From Elusimicrobiota bacterium (GTDB lineage Bacteria; Elusimicrobiota; Elusimicrobia; UBA1565), in assembly GCA_041660925.1 (NCBI GenBank), contig JBAZVI010000010.1, positions 41,519 through 105,518 on the forward strand: a DNA stretch of 64,000 nt, read 5' to 3'. Below, in pieces: positions 60,518 to 64,000 of the stretch (position 1 is its first letter; every line of letters starts with the position of its first letter). Made by a program: the position numbers and the translations under genes. Under the pieces are notes generated by a model, which saw only the letters and a list, made by a program, of their open reading frames with translations, ran no database searches and was not told the origin of the DNA.

Positions 60518-61672
60518 ATGGGACAGGAAACTCAGGGACTCTCCGGCGCGGCCCTCATCGTCGACGACGACCCCTCCATCCTCAAGTTCTGCCGGCGGGC
60601 CCTCGAGACGACGGGGCTGCGCGTATCGACGGCTTCGAAGACCGCGGAGGCCTGGGAGCTCCTCGGCCGAGAGGAGTTCGACTTCGTCCTGACCGACATC
60701 CAGCTCGAGGACGCCTCCGCGGGGGTGCGCTTCATCGAGGACCTTCACGCCCGCCGTCCGGAGCTGGACGTGGTGATGATGACCGGCGCGCCCTCGCTCG
60801 AGAGCGCCCTGCCGTCCTTGCGCAGCGGCGCCTTCGACTATCTCGTGAAGCCGTTCAAGCTCGACCATCTCCAGAACGTCGCGCGCCGCCTCCTGGAGCT
60901 GCGGCGCATGCGCCGCGAGCTCGACCGGGAGAAGGCGCTGCGCAGAGAGCTCGAGGACGCCTACGCCGAGCTGCGCAAGGTGGAGCGCGTGAAGACGGCG
61001 ATCCTCGCTCGCGTGAGCCACGAGCTCCGCACGCCGCTCTCGATCGCGGGCATGGCCGCCGAGCTCCTCGCCGGCGAGGCGGGGGGGGAGGGGCGGAAGC
61101 TCGCCGAGCAGCCCCGGGGAGCGCTCGCGCGCCTGCGCGGGAGCGTCGAGGACCTGCTCCTCTTCGCGCACGTGGCCGCCAGCGGCCTCGAGATCGAGCG
61201 TAAGGAGACGGACCTCTTCAAGCTCCTCGAGGAGGTCGTCGAAGAGAATCGCCCGGCGAGCGCGGAGCGGAACCTGAGCGTGGAGCTCTCCATGGGCGGA
61301 GAGCGCCGCCTGCTCTCGGCCGATGCCGGGCTGCTGCGTCAGGCCTTCAGCCGCCTCCTGCAGAACGCGGTCCGCTTCAACCATAACGATGGGAGCATCC
61401 GGGTCCGGCTCGAGCATTCTCCGGAGGATACCCGCGTCGCCTTCTTCAACACGGGCACGGAGATCCCGAAAGAGGAGCAGGACCGCGTCTTCGAGGGCTT
61501 CTATCAGGTCGCGGAGCATATGACGCGCGAGACCGGCGGCATGGGCGTGGGCCTGGCCATGGTGCGCCGCATCGTCGAAGCCCACGGGGGGAGCGTCGAG
61601 ATCCAGAGCTCCTCGGAGGGGGGGACCACGTTCGCCGTGCGGTTCCCCGCGCCGCCCGTCCGGACCGTCTGA
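60518..61672 (+). CDS. hybrid response regulator-histidine kinase (REC-HisKA-HATPase)
   Basis: LIVDDDPSIL...VLTDIQLED...LVKPF, then the H-box RVSHELRTPLS, then NAVRFN, NTGTEI and GGMGVGLAMV. Confidence 0.85.
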   Translation: MGQETQGLSGAALIVDDDPSILKFCRRALETTGLRVSTASKTAEAWELLGREEFDFVLTDIQLEDASAGVRFIEDLHARRPELDVVMMTGAPSLESALPSLRSGAFDYLVKPFKLDHLQNVARRLLELRRMRRELDREKALRRELEDAYAELRKVERVKTAILARVSHELRTPLSIAGMAAELLAGEAGGEGRKLAEQPRGALARLRGSVEDLLLFAHVAASGLEIERKETDLFKLLEEVVEENRPASAERNLSVELSMGGERRLLSADAGLLRQAFSRLLQNAVRFNHNDGSIRVRLEHSPEDTRVAFFNTGTEIPKEEQDRVFEGFYQVAEHMTRETGGMGVGLAMVRRIVEAHGGSVEIQSSSEGGTTFAVRFPAPPVRTV

Positions 61673-61774
61673 ACCCGGCGGCGGCCGGCTGTGACTTCGG
61701 TCACAGATTCCCCTTGCGCAAACCCGGGCCCGGGTCTATATATATGAGTGCGCGTTCGTGGTGGCGCGCGGCCC

Positions 61775-62878
61775 ATGGCCGAAAGACCGGACTCGCCTCT
61801 CATCCTGGTCGCCGAAGACCATGACCTCACGCGGCGCATGCTGGTGCGCTGCCTGAAGCCGCTCTCCCCGCGCGTGCTCGAAACCGGCAGCGGGGCCGAG
61901 CTCCTCGAACTCATCGCGCGCGAGGCGCCGGCGCTCGTCGCCCTCGACCTCGACCTCTCGGACGGTCCCCGGGGGGTCGCGCTCTGCCGGGCCGTGCGCG
62001 CGGCCGCGCGCGGCGCCTCCACCCGCATCATCGCCGGGACCACCTACGAGCACAACGTCCGGACCAAGATCGAGCTGCTGCAGGCGGGCGCGGACACCTA
62101 CTTCCAGAAGGACGAGCCCGTCGGCGAGCTGCTCATCGCGGCGCGCATGCTCCTCGAGCCCTCCCCGGCGGTCCGCCGGGAGCTGAGCGCGCCGACGGTC
62201 CTCCTCATCGACGACGACGAGGGGCAGCTCGAGGGGCTCTCGACGGCTTTCCGCCTGCAGGGCTTCGCGCCCCGCACGGCCCTGAGCGCGCCGATCGCCA
62301 TCCTCCACGTCCTCGAGGCCCGGCCCGACGCCGTGCTCCTCGACTACGCGATGCCCAAGCTCAACGGCCTCGAGGCGCTGCGCATCCTGCGCTCCCTGCC
62401 CGGCACGGGCGACGTGCCCATCCTCATGCTGACGGCGAAGGACGACCTGGACCTCGAGGCCCTCTGCCTGCGCGAGGGGGCCGACGGCTACCTCGTGAAA
62501 GGGAAGCAGGGCTGGGGGGACATCCCGACCGGCGTGCGCAACCTCCTGCGCCGGCTCAAGGAGGACGGGAACGCTCCGCTCAGCGCCCCGCGCCTCAGCG
62601 TGGACCCGCTGCGCCGCCTCGCCTTCGTGGACGGGGAGCCGGTGCGGCTCACCCGCCAGGACCTCGACTTCCTCTCCTACCTCATGCGCCGCAGCCCCCG
62701 CACGGTGACCTGGCGCGAGCTCCAGCTGGAGATCGGGGGCTTCGCTCAGTCGGAGCTCCGCGACGGCACGGTCCCCATCATCGAGACGGCGCTCGCGCGT
62801 CTGCGCACGAAGCTGGGACCCGTGAGCCACTACCTCGGCGTCGAGCGCAACGTCGGCGTCCTCTTCGTCCCCGGGTAG
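61775..62878 (+). CDS. response regulator with two receiver domains and OmpR/PhoB-type winged-helix output
   Basis: LILVAEDHD...ALDLDLSD, then VLLIDDDEG...LLDYAMPKLNG...LVKG, then the C-terminal LTRQDLDFLSYLMRRSPRTVTWRELQ. The track ORF starts at GTG 61748. Confidence 0.8.
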   Translation: MAERPDSPLILVAEDHDLTRRMLVRCLKPLSPRVLETGSGAELLELIAREAPALVALDLDLSDGPRGVALCRAVRAAARGASTRIIAGTTYEHNVRTKIELLQAGADTYFQKDEPVGELLIAARMLLEPSPAVRRELSAPTVLLIDDDEGQLEGLSTAFRLQGFAPRTALSAPIAILHVLEARPDAVLLDYAMPKLNGLEALRILRSLPGTGDVPILMLTAKDDLDLEALCLREGADGYLVKGKQGWGDIPTGVRNLLRRLKEDGNAPLSAPRLSVDPLRRLAFVDGEPVRLTRQDLDFLSYLMRRSPRTVTWRELQLEIGGFAQSELRDGTVPIIETALARLRTKLGPVSHYLGVERNVGVLFVPG

Positions 62879-62959
62879 CCGCGGATCCCCCGGGGGCATG
62901 CCGGGTCATAATGTCTATAATGCGCTCCGGACCCCGTGGGCGGGGTCCGGAGGGTCTTT

Positions 62960-63739
62960 ATGGGACTGCGGGTCTTGATCACCGGCGCGAGCTCGGGTTT
63001 CGGCCGCGAGCTGGCCGTCCAGCTCGGGCGGGAGGGCTGCCGGCTCGCGCTCACCGGCCGGCGCGCCGAGCGCCTGAGGGAGACCGCGGCCCTCGCGCGG
63101 GAGGCGGGCGCCTCCGAGGTGCTCGAGCTCGTCGGCGGCGTCGAGGACCGCGCGGCCGTCGCGCGCCACGGCGCGGCGGTCCGCGAGCGCTTCGGCGGGC
63201 TCGACTGGGCGATCCTCAACGCCGGGATCTCGAAGTCGGGCAGCGCGCGCGAGCGCTTCGCGGTCTCCGACTACCGCGAGGTCTACGAGACCAACGTCTT
63301 CGGCGTCCTGAACTGGATCGAGGAGGTCCTGCCCGGCATGCGCGCGGCGGGAGCGGGGGTCCTCGTCGGGGTCTCGAGCCTGGCGGGCTACCGCGGCCTG
63401 CCCCACTCCGGGCCCTACGGCTCGAGCAAGGCGGCGCTCACGGCCATCCTCGAGTCTCTGCGCACGGCCCTGCGCGGCACCGGCGTGGACGTCGTCACGG
63501 TCTGTCCCGGCTTCGTGCGCACGGAGCTGACCGCGCGCTGGAAACCCCAGGACATGCCCTTCCTCATGGAGCCCGCGGACGCCGTGCGCGTCATGATCAA
63601 AGGCATCAAGGCGCGGCGCACGGTCGTGCACTTCCCCTGGCCGTTCTCGCACTTCGTGAAGTACATCCTGAGGAACACCCCCGACTTCATCTTCGACCGC
63701 GTCGCCGCCAAGGCGACGCGCCGCCGGACGAAAGACTGA
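62960..63739 (+). CDS. short-chain dehydrogenase/reductase (SDR)
   Basis: VLITGASSGFGRE and YGSSKAAL. Start chosen at MGLRVLITG. Confidence 0.85.
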   Translation: MGLRVLITGASSGFGRELAVQLGREGCRLALTGRRAERLRETAALAREAGASEVLELVGGVEDRAAVARHGAAVRERFGGLDWAILNAGISKSGSARERFAVSDYREVYETNVFGVLNWIEEVLPGMRAAGAGVLVGVSSLAGYRGLPHSGPYGSSKAALTAILESLRTALRGTGVDVVTVCPGFVRTELTARWKPQDMPFLMEPADAVRVMIKGIKARRTVVHFPWPFSHFVKYILRNTPDFIFDRVAAKATRRRTKD

Positions 63740-63740
63740 A

Positions 63741-63777
63741 AAGAGAAGACGCCCGCTTTCGGCGGGCGTCTTCTCTT
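63741..63777. terminator. bidirectional hairpin terminator between SDR and secA
   Basis: AAGAGAAGACGCCCGC-TTTCG-GCGGGCGTCTTCTCTT, a 16-bp perfect stem flanked by A and T runs. Confidence 0.7.
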
Positions 63778-63793
63778 GGGGTCTGCGGCGAGG

Positions 63794-64000
<207 letters not shown>

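Overview
Visibly GC-rich bacterial chromosomal segment. The phylum cannot be assigned from sequence alone, though a T9SS-type C-terminal sorting domain and a PorV-like gene hint at an FCB-like lineage. I read about 44 protein genes, one tRNA-Gly(GCC) and several non-coding repeats. No rRNA, CRISPR, integrase, transposase, reverse transcriptase or cas gene is visible. (1) 1-19.2 kb is an unusually dense radical-SAM (rSAM) locus with nine CxxxCxxC clusters in eight genes. It also carries FemAB-like, PaaK-like ligase, deacetylase and SDR genes, an XRE regulator and an orphan receiver. Its core is a 10-gene translationally coupled operon (9378-19187) containing three rSAM + five-cysteine 'GYPECC...WHPCxYRC' protein pairs arranged around an A24-type aspartyl peptidase-like membrane protein. 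I consider this the best candidate for an undescribed system. (2) 19.3-39 kb holds metabolism and signalling genes: alpha-glucan phosphorylase, a GspE/PilB ATPase fused to a receiver, a class III cyclase-RDD fusion, a RecQ-like helicase, a four-module secreted PLD, tryptophanase/tyrosine phenol-lyase, a histidine kinase, fused GlcD-GlcE plus GlcF, and GAF-HD-GYP. (3) 39.03-56.05 kb is an integrase-less island bounded by tRNA-Gly and a 48-bp copy of its 3' part. It carries a 3817-aa surface protein, PorV, and a low-GC four-gene module (GDxH-repeat protein, TIGR04255-like, HicB-like, HicA-like). (4) 56-64 kb holds a pilin-like/secreted protein pair, PepF, two-component proteins, an SDR and the secA 3' end. 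Three long palindromic elements (165-290 bp) sit exactly at gene boundaries. Many long antisense or off-frame ORFs in the track are GC artefacts. All family names are recognised from motifs by eye and no searches were run.
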